Assembly (NCBI GenBank): GCA_944380605.1
Contig: CALWIA010000006.1
Span: forward strand, 106,683-170,682
DNA length: 64,000 nucleotides
Reading direction: 5' to 3'
Source of the DNA: an uncultured Lachnospiraceae bacterium
Lineage (GTDB): Bacteria; Bacillota; Clostridia; Lachnospirales; Lachnospiraceae
Shown: piece by piece, positions 1-7,897 of the stretch
Position numbering within the stretch: position 1 is the stretch's first letter
How the letters are laid out: every line of letters starts with the position of its first letter
Notes under the pieces: generated by a model
The model's input: only the letters and a program-made list of their open reading frames with translations
Told to the model about the DNA's origin: nothing
Databases searched by the model: none
Made by a program: the position numbers and the translations under genes

Positions 1-2
1 TC

Positions 3-1403
3 GCGGAAAGCGTCACCATTACGCTGCAGCCCCAGGTGTCCTTCGTCCTGATGGACCAGGCCACCGGAGAGGTCAAGGCCATAAGCGGCGGACGGGGAGA
101 GAAAACCGCCAACCTGACCCTGAACCGGGCCACCAACGTGCCCCGGCAGCCGGGTTCCACCTTCAAGGTGATTTCCGCGTTCGCGCCGGCGCTGGATACC
201 TGCGGCGCCACCCTGGGCACCGTCTACTACGACGCGCCTTACACCGTGGGAGCCAAGTCCTTCCGGAACTGGTATTCCGGCGGCTACCAGGGCTATTCCA
301 GCATCCGGGACGGCATCATCTATTCCATGAACATCGTGGCCGTCCGCTGCATGATGGAGACGGTTACGCCGCAGCTGGGCGTGGAGTACGCCCAGAACTT
401 CGGCATCACTACCATGACTTCCAGCGACTTAAACGCCGCTACCGCCCTAGGCGGGCTGACGGAAGGCGTTACCAATCTGGAACTGACGGCGGCCTTTGCT
501 TCCATTGCCAACCAGGGCGTATACACGGAACCGATTTTCTTTACCAGGATCCTGGACCGCAACGGCAAGGTGCTCATTGAAAATGAGCCGGAGACCCGCC
601 AGGTGCTGAAAGATTCCACGGCGTTTCTTCTGACGGACGCCATGAAGGACTCTATGATCTCCAACCGGAAATTTGCCCGGCCGGGGGCAGGGCCTTCCTC
701 CACCAGCACCCGGGCCAAGCTGGACGGCATGTCCTGCGCCGGCAAGAGCGGCACCACTACCAACAATGTGGACCTCTGGTTTGTCGGCTTTACGCCATAC
801 TACACTGCCGGCATCTGGAGCGGCTACGATCTGAACCAGACCATGAACCGCAACGTGGAAGGGACTTCCTACCACAAAGACATCTGGAAAAAGATTATGA
901 CCCGGGTCCACGAAGGGCTTTCGGATCCCGGATTTTCCGTTCCGGACAGCATTGAAACAGCGCAGATCTGCCGCAAATCCGGCAAACTTGCCATTCCCGG
1001 CGTCTGCGATCACGACCAGCGGGGCAACGCGGTCTATACCGAATACTTCGCCAAGGGCACCGCGCCTACAGAGGTCTGCAGCGTGCATACCACGGCGACG
1101 GTCTGCAGCGAGTCGGGACAGCTGCTGACCGAATTCTGTCCGGCAGGCGAATCCCGCGTATTTATCTCCCTTCCGGCAGGCGAGTCCGGTCCCACCGACG
1201 ATTCCTACTTTGCCATGCCGGGCTCCTGCACGGTGCACACCGCGCAGTCCACGATTATTGAGACCAATCCTTCCGCGGAAATCGGTCCTTCCGGAGAACC
1301 GGGCAGCAGCATTCTGCCTACGGTGCCTGTAGGCCCCGGCTACACGCCCTCCGGCGGCACGTCCACGGAAAACATAGGGCCCGGAGTTTCCGGTCCCCGC
1401 TGA
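3..1403 (+). CDS. Class A penicillin-binding protein (PBP1A-like), 5'-truncated by the window edge; transpeptidase domain plus Cys-rich tail
   Basis: Frame open from position 3; SxxK (STFK), SxN (SMN) and KSGT motifs; TGA at 1401-1403. Confidence 0.9.
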   Translation, partial: AESVTITLQPQVSFVLMDQATGEVKAISGGRGEKTANLTLNRATNVPRQPGSTFKVISAFAPALDTCGATLGTVYYDAPYTVGAKSFRNWYSGGYQGYSSIRDGIIYSMNIVAVRCMMETVTPQLGVEYAQNFGITTMTSSDLNAATALGGLTEGVTNLELTAAFASIANQGVYTEPIFFTRILDRNGKVLIENEPETRQVLKDSTAFLLTDAMKDSMISNRKFARPGAGPSSTSTRAKLDGMSCAGKSGTTTNNVDLWFVGFTPYYTAGIWSGYDLNQTMNRNVEGTSYHKDIWKKIMTRVHEGLSDPGFSVPDSIETAQICRKSGKLAIPGVCDHDQRGNAVYTEYFAKGTAPTEVCSVHTTATVCSESGQLLTEFCPAGESRVFISLPAGESGPTDDSYFAMPGSCTVHTAQSTIIETNPSAEIGPSGEPGSSILPTVPVGPGYTPSGGTSTENIGPGVSGPR

Positions 1404-1408
1404 TAAGG

Positions 1409-1458
1409 AAAGCCGGAACCGAAGGTTTCCCCACGGAAACCTCCGGTTCCGGCTTTTT
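1409..1458. terminator. Bidirectional intrinsic terminator between the convergent PBP and spoVAE genes
   Basis: AAAGCCGGAACCGAAGGTTTCC-ccac-GGAAACCTCCGGTTCCGGCTTTTT hairpin. Confidence 0.85.
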
Positions 1459-1810
1459 ATTTCATCCGCGGCTTCCAGATCAGCGAAGCCAGATATCCAA
1501 ACACCAGGGCGGCGCAGATGCCGGCGGCTCCGGCAGTCAGACCGCCGGTGAAAATCCCTGTAAAGCCATCCTGACGGACGCCTTCCTTCACACCCTTCCA
1601 CAGCGTATTTCCAAATCCCGGGAGAGGCACGCCCGCTCCCGCGCCGGCCCACTGGGCAAAAGGCTCATACAGCCCCAGACATCCCAGCACAGCTCCGGAA
1701 ACCACCAGGGTCACCATAATCCGGCCCGGCATCAGTTTGGTCCGGTCCAGCAGGATCTGCACCGCCGCGCAGATCAGCCCTCCCACCGCAAACGCCTTGA
1801 GATATTCCAT
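1457..1810 (-). CDS. spoVAE: Stage V sporulation protein AE
   Basis: MEYLKAFAVGGLIC...GAGAGVPLPGFG, SpoVAC/AE family; follows spoVAD; GGAGGG RBS. Confidence 0.9.
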   Translation of the reverse strand: MEYLKAFAVGGLICAAVQILLDRTKLMPGRIMVTLVVSGAVLGCLGLYEPFAQWAGAGAGVPLPGFGNTLWKGVKEGVRQDGFTGIFTGGLTAGAAGICAALVFGYLASLIWKPRMK

Positions 1811-1833
1811 ACAGCCCTCCTTTTTTCTGACCC

Positions 1834-2880
1834 TCAGTCCCGAAGACTGCAGGCTTCCAGTATAATTCCGTGGGCAATGCCCGGCACACTTCTGCCTTCG
1901 TTGAAGCTTACCGGAGACAGAAGCGCCCCGGTCGGCAGAAACAGCACCCGCTTCCAGATTCCAGCGCGCAGGTTCGGCAGAATCCGCGCGCACAGCGTTA
2001 CCGCGCAGCATCCGCTGCCGCTGCCTCCCGCATGCACATCCTGGCGTTTCCGGTCATAGATCTCTTTTCCGCAGTCGGCGTGCACCGGCTCCAGATCCAG
2101 CCCTTCTTTTTTCAGCAGGTCTAAAAGCGCCCGGCTCCCCACCTCTCCCAGATCTCCGGTAATGATCCGGTCATAATAAGACAGGTCCGTCTGCAGATCT
2201 TCCAGGTTCCGGCAGATGGTATGGGCGGCGGCCGGCGCCATGGCGGCTCCCATATTCATGGAATCCCGGATGCCTGCGTCTACGATGCGTCCCGGCGTCA
2301 CCCCCGCAATGGTCACGGCGCAGCCGCCGGAAGTTTCCGGCCCGGCGGCCGTTTCCCGGTTTTCCACCACCACGGCCCCGCATCCCGTCACGGTCCACGA
2401 CGCAGAGGAAGGCCGCTGGGCCCCGTAGCCCAGCGGAAAGCGGAACTGTTTTTCCGCCGTAGCAAAGTGGCTGGAAGCCATGGCCAGAACCCGGTCTGCG
2501 GCTCCGGCGTGCACCGTCACCGCCGCCAGCGCCATGGCCTCTCCCATGGTGGAACAGGCGCCGTACAGGCCGAACAGCGGAATCCCCAATTCCCGGACGC
2601 CGAAGGAAGTCGCGGTCAGCTGCCCCAGCAGGTCCCCCGCGAACAGATACCGGATGTCCGCCGCTTTCAGCCCCGCCTTTTTCAGGGTCAGCCGCGCCGT
2701 CCGCCTCTGCAGTTCACTTTCCGCCGCTTCCCAGGTTTCCTGGCCCAGGCGGTCATCCGTCTCTGTCCGGTCCAGGCCGCCGCCCAGCGGCCCTTCTGCC
2801 TCCTTTTTCCCGGCGATGCAGCCCCAGCAGCCGACGGCCGGAGGCTTTTCAAACAAAATGCTTGCGTTTCCTTTCTGCAT
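1834..2880 (-). CDS. spoVAD: Stage V sporulation protein AD
   Basis: AGDLLGQL, GLYGACST, ITGDLG and GGSGSGC motifs; start set at ATG 2880 after a GGAGAGGGGG RBS. Confidence 0.92.
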   Translation of the reverse strand: MQKGNASILFEKPPAVGCWGCIAGKKEAEGPLGGGLDRTETDDRLGQETWEAAESELQRRTARLTLKKAGLKAADIRYLFAGDLLGQLTATSFGVRELGIPLFGLYGACSTMGEAMALAAVTVHAGAADRVLAMASSHFATAEKQFRFPLGYGAQRPSSASWTVTGCGAVVVENRETAAGPETSGGCAVTIAGVTPGRIVDAGIRDSMNMGAAMAPAAAHTICRNLEDLQTDLSYYDRIITGDLGEVGSRALLDLLKKEGLDLEPVHADCGKEIYDRKRQDVHAGGSGSGCCAVTLCARILPNLRAGIWKRVLFLPTGALLSPVSFNEGRSVPGIAHGIILEACSLRD

Positions 2881-2943
2881 AAGGTTCCCCCTCTCCGTAT
2901 CAGTTTCTCCGGATCCGGCCATCTTATGCGTCCCGGGCCCGTT

Positions 2944-4398
2944 TTACTCTTCGTCCCGGATCAGGGCGATCATCGCCCGCAGATTGACAGGCTGTTCCTT
3001 CATCTCTTCTCTGGCCGCCGGCAGATAATGCTCCAGCAGCGGAATCAGAATCAGCGCGGTAATTCCGGCGGTAAAGCCGCCGTTGTACAGCACCAGGCCG
3101 CCGTAGAGGACGCTGGTGGCCGTGCAGAGAGAGGCGCAGACAAATCCTGCCAGAATGCCGGCCCGCACCCCGTAGCGTCCCGCAATGGGGCATAAACCGG
3201 TGGCAAAAGCCACGCCGTTGATGTAGCTCTGAGTGGAAACCGTCCAGGTGATTTCCCGGCCCTGCAGGTGACAGCAAAACAGGGTGACAAAATACAGGAG
3301 CCAGTATCCGGTAATGATGGGCCAGACGTTTCTCGGATGCTGTCCCATAGCGTTAAAGGTCAGGGAGGCCACGATCACCCCCAGCGTCGGCCCCGTAAAT
3401 CCCGCGCCCTCCGTATGATGCACCACCAGCTGTATGTAAAGCAGAAACAGAAGGCCGTGGCAGCCCAGATTCACCAGGCACAGCGGCATGCCGTAGCGCT
3501 GGGCGAAATCACTGTTGTATCCGGTGTCCTTCAGCAGCCGGCAGTACCCGCCGAAGGACCTTCCGTTCAGCAGCCAGCCCGCCGCGATACAGATGACAAA
3601 AATCAGGATCAGATAGACGGTGGCAAAGGAAACATAGCTGTAGCCGAACCGCTCATACACCGGGTTCCCGTGAATCGTCTGCTGGGTCTCCGGATGCCCC
3701 ATGGTCTCGTACATCAGGTTGTACAGGAAAAATCCCAGCAGGCCGAAGGCCAGCCCGCCGTTGTAAAGGTTGTATCCTTTATGCCAGACCCTGGCGCCGG
3801 GCAGAATCACCGGAACCGTGAACCCCAGCAGCAGGGCAAAGGCAAGCACCAGCCCCGGCCCCAGAGGCGACAGCCGGAACTGGCCGAACACAAATTCCGA
3901 CGCCTGGCCGTACCGGAACAGAAACTCACTGACAAACGGGGCAAAACTGGTGGCGAACATGCAGATGTGCAGATTGGCCTTGTAATTCAGCCGATTCCGG
4001 CGGAAATAGAGAAACGGCGCCAGAAAGCAGGGCCACATATTGAGAAAATTCAGACCGTAGAAACAGTGCCCCACCACCAGAAAGAATCCCGCCAGGGTAT
4101 TGGCCCTGGACTCTCCCTTCAAAAGCAGCATAAAGGCACAGCAGGCCAGGCCGCAGGCGCCTGCGTTCAGCAGCGTGCTGGCCAGCCCTCCAATAGCAAA
4201 ATAGTCCGTTACCAGCGGACAGGGGGAAATCAGAATCCGGTGCCACCCGCGAAGCACCGACCCCCATGTCTCCGTGTAGCTTGCCGCAGCCAGAGCCGCC
4301 AGCAGAAATGCCAGGGAAAATCCCAGGGCGGTGCCGTTGATCAGCCGGCTGTTTCTCCGCTCCCGTTCTTTTTCCAGACGATTTTCTTCCTTCCCCAT
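2944..4398 (-). CDS. DUF1576-family polytopic membrane protein
   Basis: Very hydrophobic 484 aa with duplicated motifs (FATSFAPF / FATGLCPI; HKGYNLYNGG / YGGLVLYNGG) recognised as DUF1576. Confidence 0.75.
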   Translation of the reverse strand: MGKEENRLEKERERRNSRLINGTALGFSLAFLLAALAAASYTETWGSVLRGWHRILISPCPLVTDYFAIGGLASTLLNAGACGLACCAFMLLLKGESRANTLAGFFLVVGHCFYGLNFLNMWPCFLAPFLYFRRNRLNYKANLHICMFATSFAPFVSEFLFRYGQASEFVFGQFRLSPLGPGLVLAFALLLGFTVPVILPGARVWHKGYNLYNGGLAFGLLGFFLYNLMYETMGHPETQQTIHGNPVYERFGYSYVSFATVYLILIFVICIAAGWLLNGRSFGGYCRLLKDTGYNSDFAQRYGMPLCLVNLGCHGLLFLLYIQLVVHHTEGAGFTGPTLGVIVASLTFNAMGQHPRNVWPIITGYWLLYFVTLFCCHLQGREITWTVSTQSYINGVAFATGLCPIAGRYGVRAGILAGFVCASLCTATSVLYGGLVLYNGGFTAGITALILIPLLEHYLPAAREEMKEQPVNLRAMIALIRDEE

Positions 4399-4485
4399 AA
4401 CCTACCCCCATACAGCGATTCAGAAAGCTTCGCAGACCCTCTGTACTTTTATTGTATGGGAAAATTTTATTTAATCAAGCCATTC

Positions 4486-4941
4486 TTACAAAAAAATCCC
4501 CAGCCGCAGCCCCGCCCAGTACAAAAGCCCCAGCACCCAGCTGGCCAGGACGCCGTAGAGAATCACCGGGCCGGAAATGGTGAATATTTTGCAGCCCACG
4601 CCGAACACGTCGCCCTCCGCCTGGTTCTCAATGGCCGGCGCCGCCACGGAGTTGGCAAAGCCGGTAATGGGCACCAGCGCTCCGGCGCCGCCCCACTGCA
4701 CCAGCTTCGGGTATACGCCCAGCCCCGTAAGCACCACGCTCAAAAGAATCAGGGCCAGAATCTGAAAAACCGCCGTCTGCTCTTCTCCAGCCCCCAGGGC
4801 CTGCAGCCCGCTGCGGATTCCCTGCCCCAGCGTGCAGATGGCGCCGCCGGTGACAAACGCCCGGAGCATATTTTTCCAGAGGGGAAATACCGGCGTGATG
4901 GTTTTTATATATTCCTGATACTCCTTTTTATCAATTTCCAA
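4486..4941 (-). CDS. spoVAC: Stage V sporulation protein AC
   Basis: RAFVTGGAIC, GAGALVPITGFANS and FTISGPVILYG motifs; TTG start at 4941 after a GGAGG RBS. Confidence 0.9.
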   Translation of the reverse strand: MEIDKKEYQEYIKTITPVFPLWKNMLRAFVTGGAICTLGQGIRSGLQALGAGEEQTAVFQILALILLSVVLTGLGVYPKLVQWGGAGALVPITGFANSVAAPAIENQAEGDVFGVGCKIFTISGPVILYGVLASWVLGLLYWAGLRLGIFL

Positions 4942-4954
4942 CGGTTTACCTCCT

Positions 4955-5377
4955 TCATCCGCCGATCTGCTGATAAAAATAAAACAGAGATCCCAGCATT
5001 TTTCCGATGCCGATCCACAAAACCACATAGGGAAATCCCACCGCCAGGCGGATGCGCCGGTTCATCACCGGCAGCGCCTTCAGCGTCTCCGCCAGAGACA
5101 TCACCAGGCACCCTACAAAAATCCCGACGGCGCCGCCAAAAGCGGCCAGCGCCGGCTTCCCCGCCGGCAGCGGAACCAGAAACAGATCTGCCGCGTTTCC
5201 CAGGCTGCCGCCCAGGATCATCATGGTTTCATACAGCCGGGTCTGCCGCTTCGTCCCCGTTTTTCCGATCAGCCGGGGCAGAATGCCGATCATGGCCAGA
5301 AAGGCAAAGACGCCGGCAGCGGTCATGCCTCCCGCGCACAGCCCAAAAAAGCCCAGAAACAGCTGCTTAATCCACAT
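4955..5377 (-). CDS. spoVAB: Stage V sporulation protein AB
   Basis: GVFAFLAMIGILPRL and GIFVGCLVMSLAETL; position between spoVAA and spoVAC. Confidence 0.8.
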   Translation of the reverse strand: MWIKQLFLGFFGLCAGGMTAAGVFAFLAMIGILPRLIGKTGTKRQTRLYETMMILGGSLGNAADLFLVPLPAGKPALAAFGGAVGIFVGCLVMSLAETLKALPVMNRRIRLAVGFPYVVLWIGIGKMLGSLFYFYQQIGG

Positions 5378-5993
5378 CGGTGCCAGACTCCTTTCTCCCG
5401 GCATTCTGAATCAGGGTTTTGGAAATGTTGTCCTCGTACATGCGCATTTCCACCTCCAGCGGCGTCGGATCCGTATTCAGCTTCCAGACGGAAAAATGAT
5501 TGAAAAAGATCAGAATGCCGGCGGCCAGCCCTATAGAATACGAAATTTCCAGAATGGTATAGCCATCGGATTCGGTTCCCATGACCAGCTGGTACAGCCG
5601 GCCGAACACCTCCCCTACGCCCACGTCATTGTTGAAGGTCATAATGGCAAATGCGGCTCCGCAGAAGCTGATCAGGCAGACAAAGGCCGCCTTCAGCCGC
5701 TGCAGCCACAGCCTTGGCGGCCGCTTCTTCCGGAAGCTGATGACAAAGTCCGAGCCGCCCAGGCTGGTAACCGGAATCTCCGGATCCATCTCGTGGATCT
5801 TCCGGATCACCGACAGCACATTTTTCACATACCGCCGTTCCCGCTCCGGGTCCAGCGCATACAGCTTCAGTTCCCGGCAGCGGCGCAGCACCGCCTCGTC
5901 GTCGCAGTACAGCTGGGCCACGTCTTTGAGATACACGTCGGCCTCCTGCACCTCCGACATCTCATTCAGTTTCAGATACAGCGTCCGGTCCAG
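5367..5993 (-). CDS. spoVAA: Stage V sporulation protein AA; start uncertain (CTG 5993 or GTG 6002)
   Basis: FCGAAFAIMTFNNDV and DPTPLEVEMRMYE motifs; operon context. Confidence 0.8.
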   Translation of the reverse strand: MDRTLYLKLNEMSEVQEADVYLKDVAQLYCDDEAVLRRCRELKLYALDPERERRYVKNVLSVIRKIHEMDPEIPVTSLGGSDFVISFRKKRPPRLWLQRLKAAFVCLISFCGAAFAIMTFNNDVGVGEVFGRLYQLVMGTESDGYTILEISYSIGLAAGILIFFNHFSVWKLNTDPTPLEVEMRMYEDNISKTLIQNAGRKESGTDVD

Positions 5994-6183
5994 CGCTTCC
6001 ACCTCCCATTCCGTCCGGAGCCGCCGGAAACACCGGCATCTCCGGCGCGGCCTGCACCAGCATGCCTCCCGCGTACGGGTCGCTGCCGCCGGCCGCCGAC
6101 AAAACATACCACCCCAGAAAGGCCGCCGCCGACAAAAGAAGCAGCGCCGTCCAGAAAAGCCATTTGCGTTTCAGAAATCCCAC
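5962..6183 (-). CDS. Small single-TM hypothetical protein (73 aa) between sigF and spoVAA
   Basis: GTG start with AGGAAG RBS; basic N-terminus then a hydrophobic helix (WLFWTALLLLSAAAFLGWYVL). Confidence 0.55.
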   Translation of the reverse strand: MGFLKRKWLFWTALLLLSAAAFLGWYVLSAAGGSDPYAGGMLVQAAPEMPVFPAAPDGMGGGSAGPDAVSETE

Positions 6184-6242
6184 GGTATCACTTCCTTTTT
6201 CTCGTTCTGTTCTTCCTGGTTAGTATGCCCGGTCCGGCGGAT

Positions 6243-6962
6243 TTACAGTCGCGCCCGCATCTGTTTTAAAATTTTCTTTTCCAGCCGGGAAATCTGCACC
6301 TGGGACACCCCCAGCGCCTGCGCCACCTGGGTCTGGGTCTGATTCTCAAAATACCGGCGGACAATGATTTCTTTTTCCTTTTCCTCCAGCTGCCCGATCA
6401 GTTCTTCCAGCACCATGCGGTTCAGCAGCTGCTCCTGCTCTCCGCTGCGCCCCATGTCTTCCATCCGATCCAGCAGGCAGCTGCCGCCCTCCCCGTCCCG
6501 GCCCGGCGTCTGATACAGGGATTCCACCTGGGCGCCCGCCTCCAGGCTGGCCGCCACTTCTTCCCGGCTGACCCCCAGCTCCCCGGCGATCTCTTCAATG
6601 GTCGGTTCCCGCCCCAGCCGGAACGACAACTGCTCCCTGGCGCCTTTCACCCGGCCGCCCAGCTCCTTTATGGTCCGGCTGACCCGGATCATCCCGTCGT
6701 CCCGCAGAAAGCGCCGGATCTCCCCGGTGATCATCGGCACCGCGTACGTGGAAAAACACACGTCAAAGGCCAGGTCAAATTTGTCGATGGCTTTGATCAG
6801 TCCGATGCAGCCGATCTGGAACAGATCCTCAGACTCGCAGCCCCTGCCGCAAAACCGCCGCACAATGCTCCAGACCAGTCCCATGTTGTCCAGCACCAGC
6901 TGTTCTCTGGCGCTTTTATCCCCCTGGTGCGCTTTGGCGAGCAGAGCCCTGGTCTCCTCCAT
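6243..6962 (-). CDS. sigF: Forespore sigma factor F
   Basis: DLFQIGCIGLIKAIDKFD and FSTYAVPMITGEIRRFLRDDG; follows spoIIAB. Confidence 0.95.
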   Translation of the reverse strand: MEETRALLAKAHQGDKSAREQLVLDNMGLVWSIVRRFCGRGCESEDLFQIGCIGLIKAIDKFDLAFDVCFSTYAVPMITGEIRRFLRDDGMIRVSRTIKELGGRVKGAREQLSFRLGREPTIEEIAGELGVSREEVAASLEAGAQVESLYQTPGRDGEGGSCLLDRMEDMGRSGEQEQLLNRMVLEELIGQLEEKEKEIIVRRYFENQTQTQVAQALGVSQVQISRLEKKILKQMRARL

Positions 6963-6966
6963 GGGT

Positions 6967-7452
6967 TCACCTGCCGATCCGCTTGGTCATCAGCACCGTG
7001 GTCCCTTCGCCGGGCCGGGACCGGACTTCCACCCGATCCATAAACGCTTCCATAAACGAAAATCCCATACCGGACCGCTCCCCGGTGGTATCCGTGGTGT
7101 ACATCGGCTCCATGGCCTTTTCCACATCCGGAATCCCCGCCCCATCGTCCTGAATCTGAATCACAAATTCCTTTCCCCGGATACAGGCTTCCATGTGAAT
7201 CCGCCCGGTTCCGTTTCCGTATCCGTGAATCACCGCGTTGGTCACCGCCTCCGACACCGCGGTCCGGATGTCTTCCAGTTCTTCCAGCGTCGGATCCAGC
7301 CGGCTTGCGAACACCGCCGCCACCGTCCGGGCAAATGCCTCGTTGCGGGAGCCGCTGTCCATGTCCATGGAAAACCACCCTTCCTGCTTTTCTCCCGGCC
7401 CGGCCGCTTCCGCCTTTGTCTGTACCGCCATATCTGTCTTCTTTTCCTCCAT
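6967..7452 (-). CDS. spoIIAB: Anti-sigma-F factor
   Basis: NEAFAR, AVSEAVTNAVIHGY and ERSGMGFSFMEAFMD; GHKL fold. Confidence 0.95.
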   Translation of the reverse strand: MEEKKTDMAVQTKAEAAGPGEKQEGWFSMDMDSGSRNEAFARTVAAVFASRLDPTLEELEDIRTAVSEAVTNAVIHGYGNGTGRIHMEACIRGKEFVIQIQDDGAGIPDVEKAMEPMYTTDTTGERSGMGFSFMEAFMDRVEVRSRPGEGTTVLMTKRIGR

Positions 7453-7464
7453 GTCTTCCTCCTT

Positions 7465-7806
7465 TTATCCGGCCAGCGCCGCTTCCTTTGTTGCGTAGCA
7501 GGGCATCAGCCTGCTGATGCCGCCAATAGACAGAATCCGCTGAATCTGCGGCCCCGCTCCGTACAGCACCACCGAGCCGCCGCTCCGTTCCATCTGCTTG
7601 TACCGGTTCAGCAGGATGCCGATGCCGGAAGAGTCCATAAACAGGGTTCTGGAAAAATCAAATACGATTTTCGTTATGTAATTCTCCGCCAGCAGCAGGT
7701 CCGTCTCATACCGCAGGTTCCGGCAGTTGTGATGGTCCAGTTCTTTCGGCAGGTGAATGATCAGCACCTGGCCCTCCGCTTCGTAAATAAACGAGGTTTC
7801 TGTCAT
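7465..7806 (-). CDS. spoIIAA: Anti-anti-sigma-F factor (STAS domain)
   Basis: ELDHH and FMDSSGIG (phospho-Ser motif); AAGGAG RBS before ATG 7806. Confidence 0.93.
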   Translation of the reverse strand: MTETSFIYEAEGQVLIIHLPKELDHHNCRNLRYETDLLLAENYITKIVFDFSRTLFMDSSGIGILLNRYKQMERSGGSVVLYGAGPQIQRILSIGGISRLMPCYATKEAALAG

Positions 7807-7834
7807 ACCGTTTGGTCTCCTTTCCGGAAAATAG

Positions 7835-7870
7835 AAAAAGAAAGACATCCCGTTTCCGCAATGTCTTTCT
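7835..7870 (-). terminator. Intrinsic terminator after the TPR gene, upstream of spoIIAA
   Basis: AGAAAGACAT...ATGTCTTTCT stem followed by a T tract on the minus strand. Confidence 0.7.
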
Positions 7871-7897
7871 CTTCTTTGGTATCTGTGTGAACGTTAT

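Noticed and set aside
3268-5370. Long antisense or alternate-frame ORFs (for example 3268-5370, 10596-12542, 13038-15092, 40744-43122, 61073-62539)
   Set aside because: They overlap well-supported genes, have Arg/Pro/Gly-rich non-protein-like composition, and are expected shadows of GC-rich coding DNA
7807-7897. Sigma-H promoter and Spo0A boxes for the spoIIA operon
   Set aside because: No convincing AGGA-N-GAAT or TGNCGAA match was found by eye; left unresolved
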